Source: an uncultured bacterium (GTDB taxonomy: Bacteria > Patescibacteriota > Patescibacteriia > CAIQCM01). Taken from it: 64,000 bases of DNA. A program made the translations under genes and the position numbers. Under the pieces are notes generated by a model. The model worked only from the letters and a program-made list of their open reading frames with translations. It was not told the DNA's origin and made no database searches. Where the stretch lies: positions 3,740-67,739 of the forward strand of contig OY970181.1 of NCBI GenBank assembly GCA_963708045.1. Reading direction: 5' to 3'. This document shows positions 18,626 to 28,807 of the stretch, in pieces; positions within the stretch are counted from its first letter, which is position 1; each line of letters starts with the position of its first letter.

Positions 18626-19186
18626 TTATTTCTTTGCGGCTTCTTTAGCTTGAAAGGGAAAACCAATAGCTTTCCAAAGCGCCAATCCTTCTTCGCGATC
18701 TTTGGCCTTGGCGGTAAAAACCACTTCAATACCATGAAGGCGTTCAACTTCGTCCGGCCTGACTTCAGGAAAAGCGATGTGTTCCTTAAAACCAACCGAA
18801 AGATTTCCGTTCTTGTCAATTGATTTAGTGGAAAGACCGCGGAAGTCGCGCACCCGAGGAAGGGTGATGTTTACAAACTTTTCCAAAAAGTCATACATCC
18901 GCATCCCGCGCAAAGTCACTTTCATACCAACAACCATACCAGTACGGGTTTTAAACGAAGCAATGGATTGTTTGGCAAGCGTCGGTACCGGTTTTTGTCC
19001 GGAAATACGCGCGAGCGTTGACTCAATCGTTTCATTCAATTTCGGATCTTTGTTGGAAGCAGAAATGCCGACGTTCAGCGTAATCTTTTGGATGTGCGGC
19101 GCGGCCATAAGGTTAACAATACCGCGCTCTTTCATCAGAGCTGGCAAAATTTCCTTATTGAATTTGTGGCGAAAATCAGTTTGCAT
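18626..19186 (-). CDS. rplE: 50S ribosomal protein L5
   Basis: L5 family. Start set at [20 protein letters not shown], where the ORF track extends to 19246 and overlaps rplX. Confidence 0.85.
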   Translation of the reverse strand: MQTDFRHKFNKEILPALMKERGIVNLMAAPHIQKITLNVGISASNKDPKLNETIESTLARISGQKPVPTLAKQSIASFKTRTGMVVGMKVTLRGMRMYDFLEKFVNITLPRVRDFRGLSTKSIDKNGNLSVGFKEHIAFPEVRPDEVERLHGIEVVFTAKAKDREEGLALWKAIGFPFQAKEAAKK

Positions 19187-19190
19187 AAGT

Positions 19191-19499
19191 TTACGAGAAT
19201 TGTTCCTTGCAGAGTTTGCAGACGCGGACCTTTTTTCCATCGGCAAGCGCGACGCGCCCGACGCGGGTTGGCTTCTGACACTTCGGGCAAATAAGCATCA
19301 CATTGGCTACCGAAAGCGGAGCCGAGTATTCAACTTTTTGTCCCTTGGTCTTTCCGGTCGCGCGCAAGTGACGAGTGCGGATATTTAGTTTATCAACGAC
19401 AATTTTATTTAATTTCGGGAAAACCTGAATAATCTTGCCAGTCTTTCCACGATCGGCGCCGCTGATTGCTTTTACATTGTCCCCTGTTTTTATTTTCAT
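19191..19499 (-). CDS. rplX: 50S ribosomal protein L24 with C-terminal four-Cys extension
   Basis: KOW domain MKIKTGDNVKAISGADRGKTGKI, plus a C-terminal CPKC...CKLC. Start set at the internal ATG. Confidence 0.8.
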   Translation of the reverse strand: MKIKTGDNVKAISGADRGKTGKIIQVFPKLNKIVVDKLNIRTRHLRATGKTKGQKVEYSAPLSVANVMLICPKCQKPTRVGRVALADGKKVRVCKLCKEQFS

Positions 19500-19503
19500 A
19501 TGT

Positions 19504-19875
19504 TTATACAACCTCCGGAGCAAGGGAAATAATTTTAGAAAAACCCTTGGCGCGAAGTTCACGAGCAATCGGCCCAAAAATACGCGTACCTTTTGGTTCA
19601 AGCGATTTTTTATCAACAATAACACCGGCGTTGTCGTCAAAGCGCACATACGAACCGTCTTTGCGACGGACTTCCTTATGCGTTCGGACGATAACCACAT
19701 GGACAACATCGGACTTTTTCACCATGCCGTGCGGATTGGCAGCCTTAACCACGCCAGTAATGACGTCACCAAGACGACCATAGCGTTTCTGATAACCACC
19801 AAGCACCCGGACAACCTGAATGATGCGGGCACCGGTATTATCAGCTGAAGTTAACATTGTTCTGTGTTGAACCAT
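19504..19875 (-). CDS. rplN: 50S ribosomal protein L14
   Basis: [17 protein letters not shown]... is the canonical L14 N-terminus. Confidence 0.9.
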   Translation of the reverse strand: MVQHRTMLTSADNTGARIIQVVRVLGGYQKRYGRLGDVITGVVKAANPHGMVKKSDVVHVVIVRTHKEVRRKDGSYVRFDDNAGVIVDKKSLEPKGTRIFGPIARELRAKGFSKIISLAPEVV

Positions 19876-19885
19876 ATATGTATAT

Positions 19886-20158
19886 TTAGAAGGCGATGGC
19901 TTTTTCTACTATTTTAACAACGCGCCAGCGCTTATCGCGCGAAAGCGGGCGGCATTCTTCAATAAGAACGACATCACCGGTTTTGCATTCATCTTTTTCA
20001 TCATGCGCCTTGTATTTAGCGGAAACAGAATAGCGCTTGCCGTATTTAGGATGAAGCAACGTCCGTTCAATCTTAACTGTAACCGTTTTGTCCATTTTGT
20101 CGGAAACAACGGTTCCGGTAAACTGCCTTTTTTGTACTTTCGCTTTATTATTTTCCAT
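19886..20158 (-). CDS. rpsQ: 30S ribosomal protein S17
   Basis: S17 OB fold ([18 protein letters not shown]...HPKYGK). Confidence 0.9.
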   Translation of the reverse strand: MENNKAKVQKRQFTGTVVSDKMDKTVTVKIERTLLHPKYGKRYSVSAKYKAHDEKDECKTGDVVLIEECRPLSRDKRWRVVKIVEKAIAF

Positions 20159-20167
20159 AGTAATTGA

Positions 20168-20392
20168 TTAAGCCTTGGCTTTTTTGACCACAGTCGTTTT
20201 TGTGGTGAGAAGGCGCATTTTAAGTTCTGTAAGCGCCCGCGCGATCGTCTTTTTCATCTCGCGAATTTCGCGAACATTCTTTACCGCGTCAGCCGAATCT
20301 TCAAAACGAAGAACGCGAAGTTTTTCGCGAAGTTCGCGATCCAACGAAACCAATTCTTTGTCAGATTTTTGTTTTAATTCTTTGATATCCAT
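20168..20392 (-). CDS. rpmC: 50S ribosomal protein L29
   Basis: Small helical protein with ELREKL...LRFE pattern, in operon position. Confidence 0.85.
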   Translation of the reverse strand: MDIKELKQKSDKELVSLDRELREKLRVLRFEDSADAVKNVREIREMKKTIARALTELKMRLLTTKTTVVKKAKA

Positions 20393-20396
20393 ATCT

Positions 20397-20810
20397 CTAA
20401 TGTTTCGTTACAAACTTTGATCGGCAAGGAAGTTTATGCGACGCAAGGCGAAGCGCTTCGCGAGCCGTGGCCTCGTCAATTCCGTCCATTTCAAAGACAA
20501 CCGTACCAGGCTTAACAACAGCGATATAGTGGTCAACCGCGCCCTTGCCACCGCCCATGACTGATTCATTACCATGGTTGGTGCGCGATTTGTCGGGGAA
20601 AATGCGAATCCAAATTTTTCCACCGCGTTTCACAAAACGTGTCATTGCGCGACGAGCAGCTTCTATCTGACGAGCGGTGATCCAAGCTGTTCCCATAACC
20701 TTAAGGCCATAGGTTCCAAAATCAACCTCGTTCTTGTCAGTCGCAACCCGCTTACCGCGAGCGCGTCCTTTGTGCCACTTTCTATGTTTTACTTTTTTTG
20801 GCATCAACAT
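20397..20810 (-). CDS. rplP: 50S ribosomal protein L16
   Basis: [19 protein letters not shown] is the canonical L16 start. Confidence 0.9.
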   Translation of the reverse strand: MLMPKKVKHRKWHKGRARGKRVATDKNEVDFGTYGLKVMGTAWITARQIEAARRAMTRFVKRGGKIWIRIFPDKSRTNHGNESVMGGGKGAVDHYIAVVKPGTVVFEMDGIDEATAREALRLASHKLPCRSKFVTKH

Positions 20811-20821
20811 ATCTTTGCAAT

Positions 20822-21523
20822 TTAATTCGCCGCGTTAGTAGATCCCGAGGCGGCGTTATTTTCTTTTCCAAAAACTTCACCGCGATAGATCCAAACCTTA
20901 ACACCAATGGTACCGTAAATGGTTCGGGCGAAATTATTAGCGTAGTCAATGTCGGCGCGCAAATTCTGAAGCGGAACACTGCCCGAAGAAAGCATTTCAC
21001 GACGAGCAATTTCTGCGCCGTTCAAACGACCCGAAGCCATCACCTTAACACCGAGCGCTCCGGCTTTGGTTACCCGTTCAACAGCCATTTTAAGAACGCG
21101 GCGGAAAGGCATACGTTTTTCAAGGTCGGCGATCATCCCCTGCATCACAACCTCGGCTGAAAGATTCGGCCGCGAGACTTCAACAATATTCAACTTAAGA
21201 TTTGTCTTTTCGGATTTTTTTGCATTTGGTGAAAGACGCGCGACGATCTTTTTCTTAAGATCCTCAGCACCAGCGCCAGCGCGGCCAATAATAAGACCGG
21301 GCTTAGCGGTATGAATAATCACTGAGACAGCCGATGGTGTGCGTTCAATTTCAATATTATCCACCGCCGCTTCTTTAAGCTCTTTTTTAAGCCACTCGCG
21401 CAATTCTAAATCCGTCCGCAGCTGAGTTTGATAGCTGCGATCTTTTACCGGCGCAAACCACTTGGATGACCAAGTGTAGATAATGCCGAGGCGATGTGCT
21501 TTAGGATGTACTTTCTGTCCCAT
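20822..21523 (-). CDS. rpsC: 30S ribosomal protein S3
   Basis: [14 protein letters not shown] plus KH domain. Confidence 0.9.
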   Translation of the reverse strand: MGQKVHPKAHRLGIIYTWSSKWFAPVKDRSYQTQLRTDLELREWLKKELKEAAVDNIEIERTPSAVSVIIHTAKPGLIIGRAGAGAEDLKKKIVARLSPNAKKSEKTNLKLNIVEVSRPNLSAEVVMQGMIADLEKRMPFRRVLKMAVERVTKAGALGVKVMASGRLNGAEIARREMLSSGSVPLQNLRADIDYANNFARTIYGTIGVKVWIYRGEVFGKENNAASGSTNAAN

Positions 21524-21524
21524 A

Positions 21525-22007
21525 CTATTTAACTATTTCTTCTTTTGTTACAGACGTTTTATCGGCCGGTTTAACCGACTTTTTAACGATTTTCTTTTTC
21601 GGTTCTACCGCCTTAACTTCATTTTTAACCGTTTCTTTTTTAATATCCTTTTCCGAAGCAACAGGCGTCCCAGACAAACCATCAGTAACAACAATTGTGA
21701 TATGGGTCGTCCGCTTCCGAATTGGTGCCGCGCGTCCCATAGCGCGAGCGCGCCAACGTTTTAGCGTCGGTCCCTGATCAGCCGTAGCTGATTTGATCTT
21801 AAGAGATTTTTCATCAAGCTTAAAATTATTTACCGCATTCGCCACCGCCGAATTAAGCGCCTTAAGAACTGGCAAGGCGGCTGACTTGTTCAAAAAACTT
21901 AGCTGCGTACGAGCGGCATCAATCCTATTGCCGACAATAAGATTAGTAACCAATCTTACTTTACGCGGCGACATTCTGATAAATTTTGCTTTGGCAAAGG
22001 CGTCCAT
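21525..22007 (-). CDS. rplV: 50S ribosomal protein L22 with Lys-rich C-terminal extension
   Basis: L22 core (RMSPRKVRLV...) plus a ~50-aa KK-rich tail. Confidence 0.85.
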   Translation of the reverse strand: MDAFAKAKFIRMSPRKVRLVTNLIVGNRIDAARTQLSFLNKSAALPVLKALNSAVANAVNNFKLDEKSLKIKSATADQGPTLKRWRARAMGRAAPIRKRTTHITIVVTDGLSGTPVASEKDIKKETVKNEVKAVEPKKKIVKKSVKPADKTSVTKEEIVK

Positions 22008-22012
22008 AGTAA

Positions 22013-22357
22013 TTATTTTTTAGCAGCCGGCGCCGGTGTTTTTGCGGCTTCGGTTGCGGCCTTAGAGGCTTCCGCCTGTTTAACTTCAAGATCCTTTTGC
22101 ATTTTACCACCATGACGGCTGAACTTCGTTGTCGGCGAAAATTCGCCCAAGCGATGACCAACCATATTTTCAATAATATAAACTGGGACATGCGTTTTCC
22201 CATTGTGCACACCGAAAGTAAAACCAACCATTTCCGGAGTAATAGTTGAAGCGCGATCCCAAGTTTTAAGAACCGTCTTGTCGCCGGAGCGTAATTTGCT
22301 TACGCGTAGAGCCAGGCGTTCATTGATGTACGGTCCCTTTTTTGTGCTTCTGCTCAT
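22013..22357 (-). CDS. rpsS: 30S ribosomal protein S19 with Ala/Lys-rich C-terminal tail
   Basis: [11 protein letters not shown]... and GHRLGEF motifs. Confidence 0.9.
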   Translation of the reverse strand: MSRSTKKGPYINERLALRVSKLRSGDKTVLKTWDRASTITPEMVGFTFGVHNGKTHVPVYIIENMVGHRLGEFSPTTKFSRHGGKMQKDLEVKQAEASKAATEAAKTPAPAAKK

Positions 22358-22358
22358 A

Positions 22359-23198
22359 TTATTTATTTTTCTTGCGACGCTCCGTAATCAGAGAGTCTGT
22401 CCACTTCTTAGGGTCGCGAGTCGCGACGCCAAGAGCGTGCTTGCCCCAAGGTGTTTTTGGATACTTAAGACCAATGGAGTTTCTGCCTTCACCGCCGCCG
22501 TGTGGGTGGTCAACTGGGTTCATCACTTTACCGCGAACACGTGGGCGAATTCCTTTGTTGCGCATTCGGCCAGCTTTTCCAAGACGGATCAAGCGATGTT
22601 CAGCGTTTCCAACCATCCCAATCGTCGCCGAACAATTTTTTGAAACCAAACGAGATTCTCCCGAAGGCAACTTAATCTGCGCGTAATCCCCTTCAACACC
22701 CATAAGCTGAGCACCCATTCCTGCCGAACGAACCAACTCGCCGCCGCGACCAGGGAAAAATTCAATGCAGTGAACCAACATGCCAACCGGAATATTTTCC
22801 AAACGCATGCGGTTTCCAGGTTTAGCTTCAATTTTATTTTTTGACGACATAAGAACATCGCCAACCTTAACGCCTTCCGGGGCGAGGATATAAGCTTTCT
22901 TTCCGTCTTCGTAGGAAAGAAGGACAATAAGTGCCGAACGTCCCGGGTCATATTCAACCGCGGTAACCGTCGCTGGTTTATCAAAATCAAGACGGCGCGA
23001 ATCAATGACGCGCAAAAACCGCTTGGCGCCGCCACCACGGTGGCGAATCATTATTTTGCCTTGATTGTTGCGACCGCCATGTTTTTTCTTAATCACCAAA
23101 AGCGACTTTTCCGGTTTTTTGTTGGTAAAAGTCTTGGGGTCAAGTACCGACGCGTGACGTCGGCTATTGATCGTTGATTTGTAAAGTTTGATAGCCAT
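22359..23198 (-). CDS. rplB: 50S ribosomal protein L2
   Basis: L2 signature ([25 protein letters not shown]). Confidence 0.9.
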   Translation of the reverse strand: MAIKLYKSTINSRRHASVLDPKTFTNKKPEKSLLVIKKKHGGRNNQGKIMIRHRGGGAKRFLRVIDSRRLDFDKPATVTAVEYDPGRSALIVLLSYEDGKKAYILAPEGVKVGDVLMSSKNKIEAKPGNRMRLENIPVGMLVHCIEFFPGRGGELVRSAGMGAQLMGVEGDYAQIKLPSGESRLVSKNCSATIGMVGNAEHRLIRLGKAGRMRNKGIRPRVRGKVMNPVDHPHGGGEGRNSIGLKYPKTPWGKHALGVATRDPKKWTDSLITERRKKNK

Positions 23199-23202
23199 TG
23201 TA

Positions 23203-23646
23203 TTAGTAAACTAGGGTTTCGCCCTTTTTAAGGGTAACGTAAGCTTTGGTCCAATCTTTGCGCTTGCCAGTAACGTGGCCACGGGTAACGATTTTGCCGC
23301 CGACCTGAACGATATTCACTTTGGCAACATGAACGCGATAATGGCGCTCTACTGACTTTTTAACTTCAACCTTGTTTGATCCGCGAGCGATTTCAAAGAC
23401 ATATTGTCCCATCGCTTCTAAGCGCGCTGATTTTTCCGAAACCACCGGACGAACCAAAACTTTGTGCGCGTCGCTTTCGCCGTGTTCAACTTTTACTTTT
23501 GACGGAGCTTTTTCCTCGGTCTTCGGAGAGGTTTTGGCTTCCAATTTTTTGGCAACACTAACTTTGGCTGGAGCGGCCGCCTTTTTGTCGTCTTCTTTTT
23601 TTTCAGTTTTTGGTTGGCCTTTTTTAAGGCGATCAAGAATACTCAT
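23203..23646 (-). CDS. rplW: 50S ribosomal protein L23 with Lys-rich N-terminal extension
   Basis: L23 core in the C-terminal 95 aa, plus a KK/AP-rich N-terminal region. Start set 1 nt after the rplD stop; the alternative start is 23664. Confidence 0.8.
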   Translation of the reverse strand: MSILDRLKKGQPKTEKKEDDKKAAAPAKVSVAKKLEAKTSPKTEEKAPSKVKVEHGESDAHKVLVRPVVSEKSARLEAMGQYVFEIARGSNKVEVKKSVERHYRVHVAKVNIVQVGGKIVTRGHVTGKRKDWTKAYVTLKKGETLVY

Positions 23647-23647
23647 A

Positions 23648-24283
23648 TTATTTTGAGAGGGCACTGGTTAGCGCGTCAACGCCCGCGACGGTCATAACGA
23701 GAAACGGACGCTTCATCACATCAACAATATTCAAGCTGTCAATGCGCGATATTTCAACTTTCGGAATATTAGCAATTGATTTCCAAGCTGTTTCCGCGAT
23801 TAAAGGCATGCTGATAAGCGTTCCTTTGCCAGCGCAAGGAAGTTTGGAAAGAATTTTTGCGACAACTTTGGTCTTGTATTCCGGCAAGTTTAGATCCGAG
23901 ACAATGATGAGATTATTATTTTTAACCTTGTCTGTCAGAATCATTCTAAGAGCCGACGCCTTGGCTTTTTTGTTTACCTTAACCGTCCAAACGCGCGTAT
24001 TCCTTGGACCAAAAGTTACGCCGCCACCTTTCCAGATCGGTGAACGAGTTGAACCATGACGAGCGCGGCCGGTGTGCTTTTGTTTCCATGGCTTTTTTCC
24101 GCCACCTCGGACTTCGGCGCGGGTTTTGGTGTGGGCAATAGATTCGCGAGCGTTTGTTTGTTGCGCCGTGACAACTTCATGAATAAGCGAAGGGTTGATT
24201 GTGACGCCAAAAACCTTCGCGTTGAGTTCGCGCTCACCGGTTACTTTGCCTTCTGTGTCGTAGATTGAAACTTTAATAGCCAT
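23648..24283 (-). CDS. rplD: 50S ribosomal protein L4
   Basis: L4 family (GGGKKPWKQKHTGRARHGS). Confidence 0.9.
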   Translation of the reverse strand: MAIKVSIYDTEGKVTGERELNAKVFGVTINPSLIHEVVTAQQTNARESIAHTKTRAEVRGGGKKPWKQKHTGRARHGSTRSPIWKGGGVTFGPRNTRVWTVKVNKKAKASALRMILTDKVKNNNLIIVSDLNLPEYKTKVVAKILSKLPCAGKGTLISMPLIAETAWKSIANIPKVEISRIDSLNIVDVMKRPFLVMTVAGVDALTSALSK

Positions 24284-24288
24284 ATAGA

Positions 24289-24915
24289 TTAGACTGGTTT
24301 GGTCCAGCTGTCTTTGCCGGATTCTTTGATAAGAAGCAGCGTACCAAAAGCACCAGGAACGGCGCCTTTTACGGCGATTTCAGCTTTTTCAATATCAATA
24401 TTCATGATTTCCAAATTTTTTATTGTTACGCGATCGGCACCCATGTGTCCGCCCATGCGCGTTCCCTTAAGAACGTGTTGGTTTCCGCCGGCGCCAATGG
24501 AACCAGGCATACGCGCGTTGTCTTTGTGACCATGTGTGCGCGGTCCGCCTTTAAAGTGGTGACGCTTAACAACACCCTGAAAACCTTTTCCTTTGGAAGT
24601 ACCAACAACATCAACTTTCTGGCCAACGGTAAATTGCGAAGCAGTGAGCTCGGCGCCGCGTTCAAGACCAGTGATATCGCGCATTTCGCGCATCACCGCA
24701 ACTGGTTTGATATCTTTAAGATATCCAGCCATTGGCTTGTTTATTTTTTTCTTTTCGCCAGCGCCAATTTGCACCGCGACGTAACCATCTGTTTCTTTCG
24801 TGCGCAGTCCGGTAACAGTATTCGGCGGAACCGAAATAACCGTAACGGGAACAACGGTTCCGTCTTCACGGAACTTTTGGGTCATGCCGATTTTTTTTCC
24901 AAGTAGAAACTTCAT
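24289..24915 (-). CDS. rplC: 50S ribosomal protein L3
   Basis: MKFLLGKKIGMTQKF start. The ORF track's upstream extension to 25044 translates a hairpin-rich spacer and is rejected. Confidence 0.85.
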   Translation of the reverse strand: MKFLLGKKIGMTQKFREDGTVVPVTVISVPPNTVTGLRTKETDGYVAVQIGAGEKKKINKPMAGYLKDIKPVAVMREMRDITGLERGAELTASQFTVGQKVDVVGTSKGKGFQGVVKRHHFKGGPRTHGHKDNARMPGSIGAGGNQHVLKGTRMGGHMGADRVTIKNLEIMNIDIEKAEIAVKGAVPGAFGTLLLIKESGKDSWTKPV

Positions 24916-25271
24916 CTTGTTTATGACTTTATCAATTATTTGAGAAGCCTTTAACGCAAAAGGCCAGAGGAAACCCGGCACGTCGCACGTTGCTCGTCGC
25001 ATGTGGATATTTCCACGTGCGACGCACGACGCGCTATTTGCCAATTTTCCTCAGGCCTCACTCGTCTTTGTGGAGTAGGGCGATTATTATGATTAATTCA
25101 ATTAACACCTCTTTGGTTTGCTTCCACTCGCGAAGGTTTTCCCCAATATCTTCCTTTGGCTTGGGACCTTTCTTCGTTGTTTCGGCGTACCCTTTTATTG
25201 AACTTTTAACTTTTAGGTTTTAACTTTTAGTCTTTTCTAAAAGTTAACAGTTAAGAGTTAAAAGTTTTATA

Positions 25272-25616
25272 CTACATTTTAATCTCAACGTCAACCCCGG
25301 CTGGAAGTGACAAACTCATGAGTGAATCAATCGTTTTTGGAGTCGGCTCAACGATATCCACAAGCCGTTTGTGCGTGCGCATTTCAAACTGGTCGCGGCT
25401 ATCTTTGTGAACAAAAGAAGAACGGTTAACCGTGTACTTTTTCTTTTCTGTCGGAAGCGGGATTGGACCAATTACCTTGGCGCCAGAACGTTCAGCGGTT
25501 TCAATAATCATCCGTGTGGATTGATCAATGATCTTATGGTCATACGCGCGAATCTTAATGCGGATTCGCGATTTGCTTTCCTCTTCTTTGGTGGTGATTT
25601 TCTTTTCTTCAGCCAT
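25272..25616 (-). CDS. rpsJ: 30S ribosomal protein S10
   Basis: [16 protein letters not shown]... S10 core with a short acidic N-terminal extension. Confidence 0.9.
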   Translation of the reverse strand: MAEEKKITTKEEESKSRIRIKIRAYDHKIIDQSTRMIIETAERSGAKVIGPIPLPTEKKKYTVNRSSFVHKDSRDQFEMRTHKRLVDIVEPTPKTIDSLMSLSLPAGVDVEIKM

Positions 25617-25671
25617 GTAAGTTTCAGAATCCCCACCCCGATTGTAGTCGGGGTGGGGGTCAGTATCAAAT

Positions 25672-26868
25672 TTATTTAATAATCTTCACAACAACGCCGG
25701 CGCCGACTGTTTTGCCGCCCTCGCGGATAGCAAAGCGCTGTTTCTCTTCCAAAGCAACCGGGTTGATGAGTTTGATTTTTAGGTTAACCGTATCGCCAGG
25801 CATAACCATTTCCACGCCAGCCGGCAATTCAACTTCGCCAGTAACATCGGTAGTGCGGAGATAAAATTGCGGTTTATAGCCTTTGAAGAAAGGCTTATGG
25901 CGGCCACCTTCTTCTTTGGTAAGGGCATAGACTTCGGCATCAAATTCGGTATGTGGCGTAACCGATCCCGGCTTTGCCAAAACCATACCGCGTTCAACTT
26001 CTTCCTTTTTCAAACCACGAAGAAGCAAACCAGCGTTGTCGCCAGCCTGTCCGCGATCCAATTGCTTGTTAAACATTTCAATACCGGTTACAACCGTCTT
26101 TTTGGTTTCATGCAAACCAACGATTTCAACTTCGTCGTTCAAATTGATAACACCGCGCTCAATACGACCAGTCGCGACAGTTCCACGTCCTTCAATAGAG
26201 AAGACGTCTTCAACTGGCATAAGAAACGGCTTGTCCATATCGCGAACCGGTTCTGGAATGTATTCATCCAAAGTCTTGATAAGATCAAGAATCGGCTTGG
26301 AAGCGGCTTCATCTTTCGGATTTTCCAAAGCCTTGAGCGCTGAACCACGAATGATTGGGGTGGTGTCGCCCGGATAGTGATATTTCTTAAGCAAATCGCG
26401 AATTTCTTCTTCAACAAGGTCAATAAGTTCCTTGTCTTCAACCATGTCAACTTTGTTCAAAAAGACGACAATGTGAGGAACGCCGACTTGGTAAGCCAAA
26501 AGAATGTGTTCGCGGGTCTGAGGCATTGGGCCATCAGCGGCGGAAACAACAAGGATCGCGCCGTCCATTTGCGCGGCGCCGGTGATCATGTTTTTGACAT
26601 AATCGGCGTGGCCAGGACAATCAACGTGCGCGTAGTGGCGCTTGTCGGATTCGTATTCAACGTGAGCGGTGGCAATAGTAATACCGCGAGCCTTTTCTTC
26701 AGGAGCGGCGTCAATTTGGTCAACGCTCTTATCCTGCGCCGTCATACCATGCGCTTTGAGCACTTGGAGAATTGCGGCGGTAAGAGTGGTTTTTCCATGG
26801 TCAACGTGACCAATGGTGCCGACGTTAACGTGCGGCTTAGATCGTTCAAATTTTTTAGCGTCTGCCAT
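25672..26868 (-). CDS. tuf: Elongation factor Tu
   Basis: [27 protein letters not shown]-domain motifs. 398 aa. Confidence 0.95.
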   Translation of the reverse strand: MADAKKFERSKPHVNVGTIGHVDHGKTTLTAAILQVLKAHGMTAQDKSVDQIDAAPEEKARGITIATAHVEYESDKRHYAHVDCPGHADYVKNMITGAAQMDGAILVVSAADGPMPQTREHILLAYQVGVPHIVVFLNKVDMVEDKELIDLVEEEIRDLLKKYHYPGDTTPIIRGSALKALENPKDEAASKPILDLIKTLDEYIPEPVRDMDKPFLMPVEDVFSIEGRGTVATGRIERGVINLNDEVEIVGLHETKKTVVTGIEMFNKQLDRGQAGDNAGLLLRGLKKEEVERGMVLAKPGSVTPHTEFDAEVYALTKEEGGRHKPFFKGYKPQFYLRTTDVTGEVELPAGVEMVMPGDTVNLKIKLINPVALEEKQRFAIREGGKTVGAGVVVKIIK

Positions 26869-27002
26869 ATGATTTTAAGAAAAAAAAATTGGCTTGGTTA
26901 CGAATGAATTAAGCAATAATGAGTATAACAGAGGATAAAATTTCGCGCAAGTCCCCCTCCACTTGAACCATACACCATGAACCATGTACCAAGAACTACG
27001 CA

Positions 27003-27449
27003 TTATTCAATAGGCTCTAGGTAGTACTGATCGTCACCAACTTCATCATCTAAAGCGTCAGGTGGGGCTGGATTTTCACTAATTTTTTGGCTTTCTTCAG
27101 CTAATTTTTTATTGATTACTTCTACGTCTTCTTTTTCCTTAATTTCCTTTTGAACTGGTTCGGCAACTGGTTTTTTATTTTCTTCCGCAACCAATTCATC
27201 TATCTCAGCAATTTCACGGAGGACTTTATCCTCATCATCGTCTGAGATGAACGAAAAATCTTCATCATCTTCGGGGTCACATTCGCCGTCAACTAAATCC
27301 AAAAGTGACGCCTGACCGGCGGAAATTTTTTCATAGTCGTCAAAAGGCAACACCGCGTGCGCTTTGCCGCTTTCCGGATTCACAACAATCATCCTATCCC
27401 CCGTTCGTTCGGATAATCGCATTATTCGCTGAAGTAAGTTTGCATCCAT
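27003..27449 (-). CDS. Highly acidic hypothetical protein (148 aa) inserted between pyrD and tuf
   Basis: Clean ORF with a ~45-aa N-terminal globular segment, then a D/E-rich tail. No recognisable domain. Confidence 0.45.
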   Translation of the reverse strand: MDANLLQRIMRLSERTGDRMIVVNPESGKAHAVLPFDDYEKISAGQASLLDLVDGECDPEDDEDFSFISDDDEDKVLREIAEIDELVAEENKKPVAEPVQKEIKEKEDVEVINKKLAEESQKISENPAPPDALDDEVGDDQYYLEPIE

Positions 27450-27639
27450 ATTATTTATTTACCTTAGTAAAAGTTATGCAGGGCGTCAACAGCCATTACT
27501 GAACAACCAATTAACCTGCCGTCATTCCGAGCCCGTAAGGTCGTTTTGGTCAGGGCGAGGAATCACGGAGCCAGCCTTGAGACGTTGAGTTCCCTCGTTA
27601 CCACTCGGGATGACGCCGAGATGGATTAGAAATTAGGTA

Positions 27640-28731
27640 TTAGATATTTTTATAAGCAGTTCCCACCGCCTCCGAAATATTCTTGTAACCATTTTTATCT
27701 AGAAGCGCAACCAATCCGCGATTGATTTCGCCGATAAGTTGTGGGCCTTCAAAAATCATTCCCGTGATTAATTCTACAAGCGTCGCGCCGAGTTGAATTT
27801 TTCGGAACGCATCCTCGGCGCTAAAAACACCGCCACACCCAATGATAATATATTTGCCCTGCGCCTTCTTATATATATACGCAATCTGATCGTCAGAAAG
27901 TTTCTGCACCATCTTCCCAGAAAGCCCGCCCTTCAAGCGGATATCGTTCTCTTCTTTTTTCTCTTTAGTGAGATTAGTGCAAATAAAACCATGAACGCGG
28001 TGACGCGACGAAACTTCAAGAAGTGGATCTAATTTTTGCGGGGTAAGATCGGGTGATAACTTAAGAAAGACGGGCTTTTTTGTCGGAATTGCGTCAAGCT
28101 GCGTCAATAATAAATCTAACCGCACGGGATCGGTAAATGGTTCGCCGCCGTAAGCATTAGGGCAACTGATGTTCACCGTAAAATAATCACCGATGTCTTT
28201 AAACGCGTTAAACGCTTTCGCATAATCCGCGATGCCCGTTTCCGTATCCGCACATGCGACATTGTTAGTCTTGGCAATATTAATACCAACGGGGATTTTA
28301 AATTTTTTATTCGCTAGACGGACGGAGATTTTTTCGCAACCGTCATTTTTTAATCCGTAGTGCACGACTAAAGCTTTTAATTGCGGCAAACGCCAGAGTC
28401 GCGGCTTAGAATTTCCCTCACACGGTTCGCCGGTAATTGATCCGACTTCGGTGAAACCAAAACCAACCTCCAGCATTATGTCCGTCATTTTGGCATCTTT
28501 ATCAAACCCAGCCGAAAGTCCAATTGGATTTACGAATTTTATTCCCGCGACCATTTGTTCCAAGCGCGGATTTTTATAAGAAAAAAGCCTACGCGTTATT
28601 GCGCGCGTGAATTTATATTTTCCCAAAAACACGCCGACTGCCGTAAACCAATCATGAACTTGCTCAGCATCAAAAAGAAAAAGAATGGGTTTAAGCGCTT
28701 TTCTATATACCGCCCCGATGATTTTCGCCAT
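27640..28731 (-). CDS. pyrD: Dihydroorotate dehydrogenase (quinone-dependent class 2-like)
   Basis: TIM-barrel DHOD motifs (GLSAGFDKD, FTEVGSIT, NISCPN, GCGGV). Start set at MAKIIG so the gene does not overlap the fusA terminator; the ORF track start is 28878. Confidence 0.75.
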   Translation of the reverse strand: MAKIIGAVYRKALKPILFLFDAEQVHDWFTAVGVFLGKYKFTRAITRRLFSYKNPRLEQMVAGIKFVNPIGLSAGFDKDAKMTDIMLEVGFGFTEVGSITGEPCEGNSKPRLWRLPQLKALVVHYGLKNDGCEKISVRLANKKFKIPVGINIAKTNNVACADTETGIADYAKAFNAFKDIGDYFTVNISCPNAYGGEPFTDPVRLDLLLTQLDAIPTKKPVFLKLSPDLTPQKLDPLLEVSSRHRVHGFICTNLTKEKKEENDIRLKGGLSGKMVQKLSDDQIAYIYKKAQGKYIIIGCGGVFSAEDAFRKIQLGATLVELITGMIFEGPQLIGEINRGLVALLDKNGYKNISEAVGTAYKNI

Positions 28732-28759
28732 ATGGCTATACTCTATAATGGAAGTCCAA

Positions 28760-28803
28760 AAAAAACAAAAGACCTCGCGGTTGGCGAGGTCTTTTGTTTT
28801 TTT
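28760..28803. terminator. Intrinsic terminator after fusA
   Basis: AAAAGACCTCGC-GGTTG-GCGAGGTCTTTTGTTTTTTT hairpin with a U-tract. Confidence 0.7.
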
Positions 28804-28807
28804 AAAA

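Noticed and set aside
24916-25044. Upstream extension of rplC (MANSASCVARGNIHMRRATCDVPGF...) given in the ORF track
   Set aside because: The extension translates a hairpin-containing spacer. The canonical L3 N-terminus MKFLLGKKIGMTQKF starts at 24915.
27540-27600. SRP (4.5S) RNA call for the GGUCAGG...AGCCAGCC segment
   Set aside because: It lacks the conserved GGAA tetraloop context and the long helix pairing of domain IV. Kept only as a generic structured-RNA candidate pending an Rfam scan.
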